Source of the DNA: Nemertoderma westbladi
Taxonomy: Eukaryota > Animalia > Xenacoelomorpha
Direction: 5' to 3'
Length of the DNA: 57,600 nucleotides
Assembly: GCA_032718475.1 (NCBI GenBank)
Contig: JAUCBJ010007295.1
Span: forward strand, 1 to 57,600
The position numbers and the translations under genes were made by a program. This document shows, one piece after another, positions 13,494 to 25,039 of this stretch (within the stretch, counting starts at the first letter, position 1; every line of letters starts with the position of its first letter). A model generated the notes under the pieces. It had not been told where the DNA came from. It worked only from the letters and a program-made list of their open reading frames with translations, and ran no database searches.

Positions 13494-13931
13494 TAGTGTT
13501 TAAACGGGATCATACTTTTCGGGATTTCCGGAATCGAGATCGGGACCGGGATCATCACTCACGGCTCGGGATCCCGACTTTCGGGATCGGGATTGCAATT
13601 TTGGATTAAATTAATCAAAGTTAATCGCAACTACCGTTTTGGGCAACACTCACTTTATGTTACACTTCTTAAATATTATTAGTAAGATTAATTTATATTA
13701 AAATTATTTTGGAATTGATTACTAGGTGGTTTACTGACATAAAAATTCGATATAATCAAAGCATTTCCGTTCCGCTTCAACTATTTATCAGATATTCAAC
13801 AAATTTACTTCACTATTTATACTTCGGGATCCCGGTACAAAAAAAGTCGGGATCGGGACCGGGATTGCATTTTTCACCGGGATCCCGATTTTTCGGGATC
13901 GGGATCGGGATCCCGTTTAATTTAAACACTA
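13494..13931. mobile_element. MITE with terminal inverted repeats tagtgtttaaacgggatc ... gatcccgtttaa(tttaa)acacta and internal cgggat repeats
   Basis: TIRs are visible. The element splits the dispersed tttattgttttggtt / gtaacctgctcctttcc motif, which is intact at 14556-14602. Confidence 0.75.
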
Positions 13932-14431
13932 GTTAGTATGACGATCCACTGTAACCTGCTCCTTTCCTTTATTTCGTGATAAATAATATATTTTAGTGAT
14001 AATTATATATTATTTATGGTGCGAAAGGGCCATAAATAAATTAATAAAACTGACTATTTTATTGATTTTCTTGTTAACGATTGAAATCTGATTATTTTTA
14101 GTTGGTCTATAATGACAATTGGGTCGGGAAATTACTGCAGTGTATAAATAAATTGGTATTCGTGAAATAATAGGATTGATTGAAATATACAAACACTATC
14201 ACTGTGTATCGATATGAAAACTGTGATTTTGGTAAAAAAAAATTTCTAAATGATTAACTTGTGTACATATAGTTCGTACAAGAATGCAGAGCAGACATTT
14301 TATAGCGTTTGCTTTCTTACGTACCAGAGCAGTCATTTTTTGTGAAAGTGAATGTAAATGTGAAATATTGATTTTAACACATAAAAGTGAGATTTCAAGC
14401 ATAAAATGCAAATAGATAATAAAAGCAAGAG

Positions 14432-14648
14432 GGTCAGAGTAAAACGCGGATCCGGATCCGGATTCTACATTTAACATTGTCCCTACGGAAGTCGATTTTT
14501 TTTACATTTTTATAACTCCCAAAAATAAAACTATAACCTGTTCTATTGACTTTAGTTTATTGTTTTGGTTAAAATAACGTCACTGTAACCTGCTCCTTTC
14601 CCTTAACTGATAATTTTGGAATCCGGATCCTCGTTTTACACCTACCCT
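14432..14648. mobile_element. Small MITE (gggtcagagtaaaacgcggatccgga ... tccggatcctcgttttacacctaccc); related end at ~47458-47485
   Basis: Imperfect ~26-bp inverted termini, and a second copy of the right end elsewhere in the window. Confidence 0.6.
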
Positions 14649-14912
14649 TGTTATTGTAAACATTATCACTACTGTAACGTAAACCTACAGTAGGTGCTAA
14701 TTAGTAATTAGCTCACAATAGAATATAAATTTAAGAAAAACATGAACCGCTACCGCTGACTGACCTTTCAACCTCAACCACAACAACCAAACGCTGCGCT
14801 AAATTCATATTCCTTTAAAAACAATATTTAGGTTGGGTGGGGGGGTGGTGTCACAATGCAACCATGTATACTTTCATGTACGTTTGTATCTAATAATCTT
14901 ATTTACTCACAG

Positions 14913-15077
14913 TTCCGTCTCTCGAACTGAGTTCCCACAATGGGCATTCGTCTACTCAACTCGTCGAGAATCGGAGATTAGAAATCGACAACGGTGTCTA
15001 CCGCGAACGGCTAATTAATACCGTATCTGAACTAAATCAATGTAAATCCGAGTTAAACAAATACAAAGAAGCCGACG
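14913..15077 (+). CDS. cux: Cux exon 4 (VPSLELSSHNGHSSTQLVENRRLEIDNGVYRERLINTVSELNQCKSELNKYKEAD)
   Basis: Acceptor ttactcacag, donor g|gtaact, phase 1-1, open frame. Continues PDP-VPSLEL like CUX1 PDPVPALDL; coiled-coil character. Confidence 0.85.
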
Positions 15078-15357
15078 GTAACTTATTGTATTCGTCTAAG
15101 CGAGGTTTGTGTTTTAGCGATATTATTTAATTCATTTATATAAATTGAAGTGAGTGAGAAAAGGTCATAGGTGATATTTCCTTCGATACAGTATAGAACC
15201 ATGAAACAGTCCTTAGTGACTTTACTTTACTTTCCCATAAGGTTCTGTCAAATTTTCGTATTTCCCGACACGCCGTCTTCAGGGAGTTGTTTATTATAAT
15301 CATCTAAAATAAGGGTTTGCTTGCGGGGTCTAAAAACTCTAAAAAAAGACTTAACGT

Positions 15358-15401
15358 CTGTTCCAATCGATTTCTGCTGAAACGGCCTTCTTCAGGGAAA
15401 A
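15358..15401 (-). ncRNA. Minimal type I hammerhead ribozyme-like motif (antisense copy)
   Basis: The minus strand reads uuuucc-CUGAAGA-aggccguuucagca-GAAA-ucga-UU-ggaac; stem II is poorly paired. Confidence 0.45.
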
Positions 15402-16010
15402 ATACATCAAATATAATAATTAAAAAAACACAGCCATACATACTACTGTAGCGTACCGGTACTCGGACAGAATAAACATTCCTAACTTTGTTATATTATA
15501 TCGGTGCACATAGAAATACAATCATGGAAGTTGATTTTAGGAGGTTTTGTTTAGAGTTTTACATAAAAAAATGTTTCTACTGTAAATACCCCGGAGGAAT
15601 GTTACATTATCCAAAGCCCGTAGCCAGGATTTTAAAAGGGCGGTTCGTTTTTTCAAAAAAGGGCACTTTATTTAATTTGTTTAAATACCTTAATGACAAA
15701 TCTCCATTGGTTTAGCCAGAACATATTAAGGTATGAATAAGGTGGGGGGGTGGGGGGGGGGGGGGGGCTTGGTTGATTGATCTGAAGCCCGATACGAAAT
15801 GTGTTGGGTACTTCTTAAAGCACATTGGCACTGGGATAATGTGAATCCTAACTGTTTTTGTTGCTATGTAACTTTAACATTTGCTTTGCCGGAAAGGACA
15901 CTTTTACGAATAGGTGAATATAAAAGGAGAGTATTTCTCAAAATGAAAATTTTGTGCGAGTACCCGGTACGCTAGTATTTAGTGAACTGTGTTTTTTTAT
16001 TATATTTGAT

Positions 16011-16061
16011 CTATATTTTCCCTGAAGAAGGCCGTTAAGGCAGAAATCGATTGGAACATAG
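16011..16061 (+). ncRNA. Minimal type I hammerhead ribozyme-like motif (sense to Cux pre-mRNA)
   Basis: cuauauuuucc-CUGAAGA-ag gcc guuaa ggc a-GAAA-ucga-UU-ggaacauag. It has the core boxes, a palindromic UCGA tetraloop in place of helix III, and helix I pairings uucc/ggaa and cuau/auag. Confidence 0.55.
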
Positions 16062-16811
16062 ACGTTAGAGCCCTGGTTATACTTCGTCTGAGCTCAGACT
16101 CAGACAGTCTGATGACAGACTTCTCTGAAAACCGGCGGCCGGCGGTGTCTGATGTGAGATATCATCAGACATTTGCTGGACACAGACATGAGACAGACAT
16201 CAGACATTAGTGTTTATACAGTACTTAAAGAAGACATCTGCCTCATACATGATCATTTCATTTCGTATTACCCCCCCCCCCCCCCCCCCCCCCCAAGAAT
16301 TTATAGTACATGTTTTATGTATAAGACTGAAAGTGAAAAACCTCCTCTCATTAATTTTTTTAATTTTATAATTAAATTATTATAATTATTAATTTAATTT
16401 TTTAATCATTTTTATATATGTCTGAAATGAAACCTTCAGCCATTATATTCCTATTATAGTTTACAATACTTTCTTCCTGATTGTTGATTACTGACACATT
16501 TATTCTAGACTTCAGACTGAGTTTTTGTGAGGTCTTAAACCCTACAGCAGTTACCCAGTCTGCCTATAGGTGGTAACAGTGATTATGGGACATCTGCTTA
16601 TAATTGGCACATATAATTCTTTCGTTTTGACACTTAACAAAAGTTTATGTCACGTGCTGCACGAAGGCGAAGGCCCCACTTCATGTGTCTGATATCAGAC
16701 ATATATTTTTTTTAACCATCTATAAAACGCCACAGACGTAATTGTGTCTCATTGCAAAGCAGGAATTTCTTTCACTAGTCTAGTCTCATTAGGTCCCATT
16801 AGTCTCATTAG

Positions 16812-17095
16812 GTCCCGCCTTGGTGTAGTGGTTGCATTGAATTCACATCTCCCGTAGGTCGTGGGTTCGATCCTCACATGGGCCAGGGCAGTTTTCGTTT
16901 CGGCACGAATGCTTTAAAGGGACCAGCCAGGGCGCATCTCTGCCTTGCATCCTTAAGTGGTAGCTAAATGTGTACTGGAGTTTCCTCTGGGGAGTAAAGT
17001 TCTGGGGGGACCGCACTGGAAATAAGTCGTCAGACTTTGTGCGTAATCCCTGGCCTAGCGGCCGAAGAAAATTTACTTTACTTTTACTTTTACTC
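16812..17095 (+). mobile_element. tRNA-derived SINE
   Basis: A box tggtgtagtgg, B box ggttcgatcc, non-tRNA body and (ttttac)n tail. Homologous copies at 26618-26895 and ~50040-50240. Confidence 0.8.
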
Positions 17096-17831
17096 ATCGT
17101 GATCGTGTCGTGACCTCTAAACCCGCATTCCTTCAGTAGTTCCTAGAAGTTTTTCTACTGTTCCCTCACGACATTCCGGTTGGAACACTGAGGATCTAAC
17201 CAATAGGACAACCGGAACTATTATACCATAGTGGAGGCTGATCATATGAATAGAATAGTCTACATTAGAAATGAGTAATCGAAAAGTGATTTGTACATAT
17301 GGAGTATGGACATAGTACCTGTTTTACAGTATATTACTTTTGTTGGGAAGGAAAGGTCTTATGCACCTATTTGTTCAAATTTTTCCAAAATTTACCTTGA
17401 AAAATTAGGCAATAGTAGTCAGTCATCTCAGGCATCATAAATTTATAAGTGCATCCATTTAGTATGCCAATATTAACTGTTCTGGGTAGGTAAAAAAATA
17501 TGCGAATCTGTCAATATCTCAGAATGACTATTTTATCACATAGGACCTTTTATGAATGAGCCGTTCAATTAATAATCCGTATAATATTGTGAAGTAGTAA
17601 TGCAACGTACATTGCGCAATTGTTTTCAAATGGACAAATTATCAAAAGATTCAAATTGTCAAAAGGACCAAGACACACAGCATGGTAGGCCCGTTACCGC
17701 AGTACTAACTGCTGTTGGGCCCCGAATCTAATTTCTTTAATTTCCCAACCCATCTAGTGTACCGGCGCCACGCTAGACCCACGCTACTTTCTGTAATACG
17801 TAACATTTCATTAGTTTTTTTTCATAATGGA

Positions 17832-18325
17832 AGTGGAAGGGTTTACTGTGGAAGATCACCCATGGTGGTGAGCAGGCATTCCTTTAGGAAACAGAGTGGA
17901 AGGGTTTACTGTGGAAGATCACCCATGGTGGTGAACTGGCATTCCTTTAGGAAACAGAGTGGAAGGGTTTACTGTGGAAGATCACCCATGGTGGTGAACT
18001 GGCATTCCTTTAGGAAACAGAGTGGACGGGTTTACTGTGGAAGATCACCCATGGTGGTGAACAGGCATTCCTTTAGGAAACAGAGTGGAAGGGTTTACTG
18101 TGGAAGATAATCTGTTGTTGTGAACAGGCATTCCTTTAGGAAACAGAGTGGAAGGGTTTACTGTGGAAGATCACCCATGGTGGTGAACAGGCATTCCTCT
18201 AGGAAACAGAGTGGAAGGGTTTCCTGTGGAAGATAATCTATTGTTGTGAACAGGCATTCCTTTAGGAAACAGAGTGGAAGTGTTTACTGTGGAAGATCAC
18301 CCATGGTGGTGAACAGGCATTCCTT
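17832..18325. repeat. Minisatellite, 63-bp unit, about 8 copies, in Cux intron 4
   Basis: agtggaagggtttactgtggaagatcacccatggtggtgaacaggcattcctttaggaaacag repeated. Confidence 0.95.
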
Positions 18326-18846
18326 GGCTTAACGAGCCTAAAAGATTCTCCCATTCTCATTATATCAGCTGATTACTCCTTTATTGTTTTATTTGTGCCA
18401 CCGTACTCTGTGCGTGCAGTGCAGTGTATTGATTTTTGTTTTTTTGTTTTGGTTAAAATATCGTGCCACTACTGTAACCAGGCGGGATATTTTGTTTCAT
18501 TTTTTGGAAAATACAAAATAATACTTTGTACATAAACGTTTTAATTTATTATTGAATAAGATTAGCATAATATGATAATCATACAAATTATATTTTATAT
18601 TAATCACATAGCGGCAATAAATACATCGCAACTAACAATCAGTTTTTACTTTCATTTTGTATACTTAATAACCTTTTGGATTTCCGGTAAATTTCCGGCT
18701 TCCCCGCTTTGAAATTATTAGCATCCTTGTAGAAGATGTGAAGGTCAGTTCGTTCTTTATTTAGAAATCTTTTAGACATTCTGTTAAAACCGAAATGTTT
18801 TGAGCACTCTGCCAAGAGTTAATTTAATTATAATTTGTAATTGCAG

Positions 18847-21800
18847 ATACTGAGACCAATAATGATTCGGAAACGTCTATAAACAACGATCGCAACGAAA
18901 CGGTAGACGTACAAGGTTCGGCTGAGGAGACCATCGCAGCCGATGGTGCTGATGGGGGGAGAATTTGGAACAAAGGAAGACAATTACTTCCGGGGTGCGG
19001 TCGGAAACTTTCCCGACGGAAAACGCAACCGGTGAAGATTAAAGTGGAGCCACAATTCTTGAATATGTGGGAGGAAAGTGGGAACAACGCGGATCCGGAA
19101 GCAAATGAACCAACGGCCCACGCGTACGCCGGCGGCGACTCGCAGGAATCCAACCACATCTCCCCGGGTGGATCTGAATTAAATATATTCCCGGACGACT
19201 ACAACTCCGATGTAGGAATGGCAAACTCTCTATCACCCCTGCCGCCTATAGACGACGACTATCGAGTGACTATAAAACCGACTTGCCAATCGGCGTTACC
19301 GCCCAGCGTAATCACCGTCGAGGGGACAGTCGACACGTGCCAACTCGTAGACTACATCAAGGAGTTGTTGCATAAAAATAACATCGGGCAAAAACTCTTC
19401 GGACTCAAAGTTCTTGGTTTATCGCAAGGCAGCGTCTCTGAAATTCTATCGAAGCCGAAACCTCATCGCAAACTCACGGCAAAAGGGCGTGAACCCTACC
19501 TGAGGATGTTGCAATGGGCGATGAACCCCCAGGGGATTGACGAGTTGGCCCGGTTGGCGTCGGTTTCTTCGAGTATGTTGGTGAACAATAAAATATTCCC
19601 TCACGCGACTCTTCCCGACGTCTCAGAGTTCACTCATAGAGTGTCCGGTTTCGCGTCAGGAGAAAGCCCAGTCGCGCCAGAAACCTCGAACGAATTTAAT
19701 GAAATAGTTACGACTTCAACGGGAAATTTCGAACCGCAAACCCCAACCGAAATGGCCATTCGGAAGATCCTTGACAAAGCCAAGACTGAGATGGACTATG
19801 AGCGCGCTGCCACCCAGAAACTTGTCATGCATATTCGGAATGGTCATCCCATAGGTGACCCCATTTCACCAACGGAGTCGGAACTTATGTGCGAGGCGGC
19901 TTGTTTTCCTTCTCCGGAAGATTGTGGGGAAGGTTCAGGCGAAAACTGGGCCAATCCCCAACAGGAACAAACGCCCAGTATTATTTACAATAATAATCCT
20001 AGTGCGAGCAGCTCTGTTTTGGGAGTTCCCTCAATGAATAACAGTGTTTTGGGTGTCCCGTCCAACTTCCACGGTGGTGGTCTTGTAAATCTTCCTAATA
20101 TTGGCGGCGGCTTCAATGACAGTGGTTTTGTGTGTGAATCGAGCATGGATCATGCAGGAGTGTCAACATACAACGACGTTTGTGTAGCTAAATCTGAGAG
20201 CTGTGCCTCAGGGGGTTCGCCAAGTTGTCCACCAACAAGCACAACTCCAGTACTCTATCCGCCGCTTAATCTAGCAAATGTGAAGGTGGAAGTCTCCGAA
20301 CCAGAAGATACAGTGGGCCCATTCGAAAGGGATTACCATTTTGGGGACCCTTCGTTATTACCCAGTTGTTCCGTTATCTCTGTGTCACCGGCCGTCATTC
20401 GAAAAGCCGCCCTACTTCCCTTAAACCACGAGGACATCGTGGAATTCTCGGATTTGGACACGGTTGAACTTACGCAACAGGTGAAGGAGCGTCTGGTCCG
20501 TCATGCCGTCAGTCAGCGAATGTTCGGGGAGGTTCTCGGTCTGTCTCAGGGCAGCATCAGCGAGATCCTCGCCAAACCCAAGCCTTTCAACAAACTCACT
20601 TCCAAGGGACAAGAACCCTTCATCCGAATGGCCTTGTGGATGAGGGATGTTGACGGCATCAATAAACTCAAGGAAAGGCACATACAGAAAACCGTTCAAT
20701 CTCATCAAATGCAGGTAACTCTTCAACAGCAACACGATAAACAGTCTGAGATTAGGAGAATACAAAACATTCGCACTAAATCTAAACATGTGGCAACTGT
20801 ACCTTCAAGACCTCTTTTTAACCGTTTCCAACCGATAAAACCGAAACCTGTCGGCTCGAGTTGCAACACTAACCTTCTCGCTTACTCTCCAACTAGTAAC
20901 TCCGTCGCAAGTGTAAGCACGCAATATTCATTAACACCATCGCAAGATATAAATCTTCCTGGAAAAGATATCGTGGATACAGTTTATCCACGGAGCATTT
21001 CTCATTCTTCCAACAGTTCAGGGGCAGAATCCGTAGACGATCGAACGATCGTGGAGATGAGTAACCAACTCGGAGCAGATCGATCTGCTATCGACATCAA
21101 CCCCAATATGCAGTTGTACATGATGCAACTGGACACGAAAGCCTTGTGCGACGAGGTCCGCTGCGTTCTCAATCGACATTCTATCGCGCAACGCGTGTTC
21201 GGCGAAGTCATACTCGGCGTTACCCAGGGATCCGTGAGTGACTTGCTCAACCGGCCCAAATCCTGGGACAAACTCAGCCTCAAGGGGAAGGAGCCCTACC
21301 TGCGAATGCGGGACTGGGTGCGCAGTGCGAGTCGGGTAGCACAGTTGCGGGAGTTGCAAGAGTGCCGAAGGATGCGGAAAGTAGACCGATTCCTGTTGCG
21401 TGGCGAATCCGGTCCTTACAAGGACGACACCTGGGCACCCAAATCGAAACGGCTGCGGTATTCCTTGGACGATGATTCGAAGCGCTTCCTATTGAGTGTG
21501 TACCAGCACGTGACGCACCCCTCTCAGGACACCATCAGCCGACTGGCCACACATCTGAATATGCAACCAGCTACCGTCTACAATTGGTTCCAAAATCGAC
21601 GCCAACGTTTCAAAGTGAAAGATTACTACAACTCTATAGTTGATGGCGGTCTTTCTCACTCTGATATTATGAAACAACTTTCGGGTCATTTGAACGTTCT
21701 TAGTAACTTGTACTCGAGTGACAACGTTAACAGTTCGATTGCGGGGAGTCGTATTAACGAATATAACATTATTGGTGCGAATAGTGCGGGGATTGGTAAT

Positions 21801-22439
21801 AATGAATATAACATTGGTGCGGATAGTGCGGGGATTGGTAATAACGAATATAACATTATTGGTGCGAATAGTGCGGGGATTGGTAATAATGAATATAACA
21901 TTGGTGCGGATAGTGCGGGGATTGGTAATAACGAATATAACATTATTGGTGCGAATAGTGCGGGGATTGGTAATAACGAATATAACATTATTGGTGCGAA
22001 TAGTGCGGGGATTGGTAATAACGAATATAACATTATTGGTGCGAATAGTGCGGGTATTGGTAATAACGAATATAACATTGGTGCGAATAGTGCGGGGATT
22101 GGTAATAACGAATATAACATTGGTGCGAATAGTGCGGGGATTGGTAATAACGAATATAACATTGGTGCGGATAGTGCGGGGATTGGTAATAACGAATATA
22201 ACATTGGTGCGGATAGTGCGGGGATTGGTAATAACGAATATAACAATAGTGCGAATAATACAGTCATTGGTAATATCGAATATGACATAACTGCGAATAA
22301 TGCCGATACTGGAACTCAAGAACATGTCAATGTAGAAGATCATGATCATTCTCTAGTAATCGCGGACACAGCTGTTGGAGTTCGGGACGGCTGTGGTTCA
22401 CCCGGGGGGACAACATTTAATTCGAAAGACGAAATTTAA
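18847..22439 (+). CDS. cux: Cux terminal coding exon: CUT1 (~19329-19550), CUT2 (~20451-20670), CUT3 (~21127-21350), homeodomain (~21441-21620) and C-terminal repeat
   Basis: Acceptor ttgcag, phase 1, in frame with ORF 19032..22439. Three (L/V)DT..Q..FG..LG.(S/T)QGS(V/I)S..L..PK..KL..KG.EP..RM..W motifs plus NWFQNRRQR give the three-CUT-plus-HD architecture of the Cux/cut class. Confidence 0.95.
21756..22250 (+). repeat. Coding VNTR, 42/45-bp unit (NEYNI(I)GA(N/D)SAGIGN), 11 full copies plus degenerate ones
   Basis: Seen in both DNA and translation; both unit lengths preserve the frame. Confidence 0.95.
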
Positions 22440-23856
22440 CGTTTTCAATATATTGACTTATAATTGGTCGGCGTACGTCTGACTCAGTCTACGGTAAGCT
22501 AAAAGAATAACCTCAGGATAGTTACGACACCTTAATATTGCAAGTCTCTTAAATTGTAATCTTGTAAAATTATGTTCATGGTGTTATAAATTATTTAATT
22601 TATTAGTGTGGTTCTATGTGGTAAAGGTTTCATATTAATTATATCGTGTTAACTATAATGACGTTGTTACATTTCTTTGAAGGGGCATTTCATAAACTAG
22701 GCAAGTAGGCCTGAGGCACTTAATTGTAAGGCAAGGACTGCTCTACTATAAGTCTGGTAGGGTTATTATAAACACAAGTCACAAACGGCGCAACAATGGT
22801 AACTAATACTGGGCTAGCAGTACTGGTTAGCATAGTCCTTTGTACTCAGGTGATTAATTCAAATCGTTACCGGTACCATGCACTGCATAGTGTAGTGTAC
22901 ACTCACTGCACTAATGTGTAGCTGATTCTGATTGGTTGATTATAATGGTAGAAATTCCTTCGACCAATGAATCAAGACCAAGTAAATGGGAATAACATAA
23001 ATAAATCAAGTGCGACAATAATAATTCAAGGGCGAGATAATTAAATCAAGTGCGGCATAAATATATTCAAAATCGACATTAATAAATCAAGACCGACATA
23101 TAAATAAATCAAGAGGGACATAAATAAGTTCAAGACCGATGTAAATAAATTCAAGACCGACATAATTAATCAAGAATAAAAATACCATATGTATGCCATA
23201 GGCTACAGTATAAGGAAAGGCAATGTTTACTCACACATAAGCTGTTGGTTTCTAATGTATTACGCCATAAGCTGATTGCTCTCCCAGTGCTTCCAAAGGG
23301 TAAATCTACAATAAGGTTACTCGATCTGCTATGTTAGGGGGTGGATCAGGAGAATGAATTTTAGTTACACAAAGCAGTGTGTTGTGTCCTATTGCAGTCG
23401 ATACTCACTGTGGATTGCAAAATGTTTTATAGTTGACCTACAGTATAATACAGTAGTTGCATGTATTTAAGGAGCCCGCTTTGGCCTACCGCCTAACTTA
23501 GCAGGAGTACCTACTGTATATTACATATTCACATAGGATTCACTGGGAAGAGATATTCCGCTTGACGACGGGGAAATACCTATAGAAGGAAACTAAATTT
23601 GTTATTTGGCTCTATTCGTTGTTATTTATCTGGTTGTGCATCATGGGCATTTTTTATAAATATTCGGTAATCGTATCTTATATCTTGTAAACGTGCTTGA
23701 TAATGAAATTATTTGCTTCATATTATATTTTAGTTAGTGGTAGCTAAGTTGCATTTTGTATTATATGGGGCGAGCCACAAAGTCAGCTAGCCTCACGCCT
23801 TGCAGTTTAGACAATTGTTTAGTTTACTTACTGCTGACTGACATAGTTCTTTGTAA

Positions 23857-24321
23857 TAGTCTTGGCTAGTATTTTTCCCCCGGGCTCCTTCCAGCCAGCT
23901 TGCTGGCTTTCTAGTAGTCTTGGCTAGGATTCTTCCCCCGGGCTCCTTCCAGCCAGCTTGCTGGCTTTCTAGTAGTCTTGGCTAGGATTCTTCCCCCGGG
24001 CTCCTTCCAGCCAGCTTGCTGGCTTTCTAGTAGTCTTGGCTAGGATTCTTACCCCGGGCTCCTTCCAGCCAGCTTGCTGGCTTTCTAGTAGTCTTGGCTA
24101 GGATTCTTCCCCCGGGCTCCTTCCAGGCAGCTTGATGGCGTTCTAGTAGTCTTGGCTAGGATTCTTCCCCCGGGCTCCTTCCAGCCAGCTTGCTGGCTTT
24201 CTAGTAGTCTTGGCTAGGATTCTTCCCCCGGGCTCCTTCCAGGCAGCTTGATGGCGTTCTAGTAGTCTTGGCTAGGATTCTTACCCCGGGCTCCTTCCAG
24301 GCAGCTTGCTGGCTTTCTAGT
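23857..24321. repeat. Minisatellite, 58-bp unit, about 8 copies
   Basis: ctagtagtcttggctaggattcttcccccgggctccttccagccagcttgctggcttt repeated. Confidence 0.95.
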
Positions 24322-25039
24322 GGTTTGTTGGTATTTATTGATGGGAGGGTGGCGTTGTAAGGGATCCAAATCTGAAACAAAATATTCATTTCGTTTAAGA
24401 ATATCTGCATCTGAGATATCGGCCTTAAAATATAAGATGTTTTGCACTTGGGCAAGGCTAATTTATTCCATTATGTAAATACAGATAATTCTAGAACCTT
24501 ATATTTACTCTACGGGCAACAATGCAATACCAAAATAATAATAGTACTATTACTTAGCTATTCATACTATACAACATGTTCCAGAATAATAATATGGTGT
24601 ATTTATTAAATGGAATAAAATGGCCTCGCGCAGATGCCATGATGCCAATCCATCCATTCGACTTTTGAACGCCAATGTCAGCTAAAGAAGCTAAAGAATG
24701 AAAGCGAAAATAAAAATTCTGGTTCACCCACTAAGGATGAGGAAAATTATCTACGATTCAAATTTCCTGCAATTCCATGAAGATATGTAGCGAAATTAGG
24801 TGGGGGGAGGGGGGAGGGGGGGAGGGGGGGTGGTAACTTTCTTGACCACAAGTTCATAAATTTTTTATTTTTAAATTTAATAAGAAATAATGAAAGATTT
24901 TACGATTATATCTCAGGTATTTTCACAACAGTTTTGAGAGGCTGCTAGCAGTTTGTTTTGGAAAAACTCCACTAAATGTGGACTTTGAATTTCCTACTCA
25001 GTGCAGCTGTTTGCACGCAATTGAGTCACTTTTTACAAC

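Larger units (their letters stand above)
15351..16068. mobile_element. Element with ~130-bp diverged inverted arms (15351-15480 / 15940-16068), each carrying a hammerhead-like motif; possible Penelope-like pseudo-LTR derivative
   Basis: The arms align in reverse complement (ttccaatcgatttctgc..ggccttcttcagggaaaa..atcaaatataata..aaaaacacag..gcgtaccgg.tactcg). Confidence 0.6.

Noticed and set aside
16109-16135. CTGATGA-cagacttctct-GAAA as another hammerhead
   Set aside because: No UH cleavage triplet or helix I partner follows.
16812-16885. Possible tRNA gene (also ~26820-26895, ~28060-28145 and ~49030-49100)
   Set aside because: A/B boxes are present but I cannot fold a complete cloverleaf; the 16812 and 26895 copies continue into a shared SINE body.
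19032-19034. ORF-track start of the 1135-aa Cux ORF
   Set aside because: It is a GTG inside an exon; the frame is open back to the acceptor at 18846 and joins four upstream exons.
21489-22349. Long overlapping ORFs in other frames and on the minus strand over the Cux tail
   Set aside because: By-products of a stop-free 42/45-bp tandem repeat.
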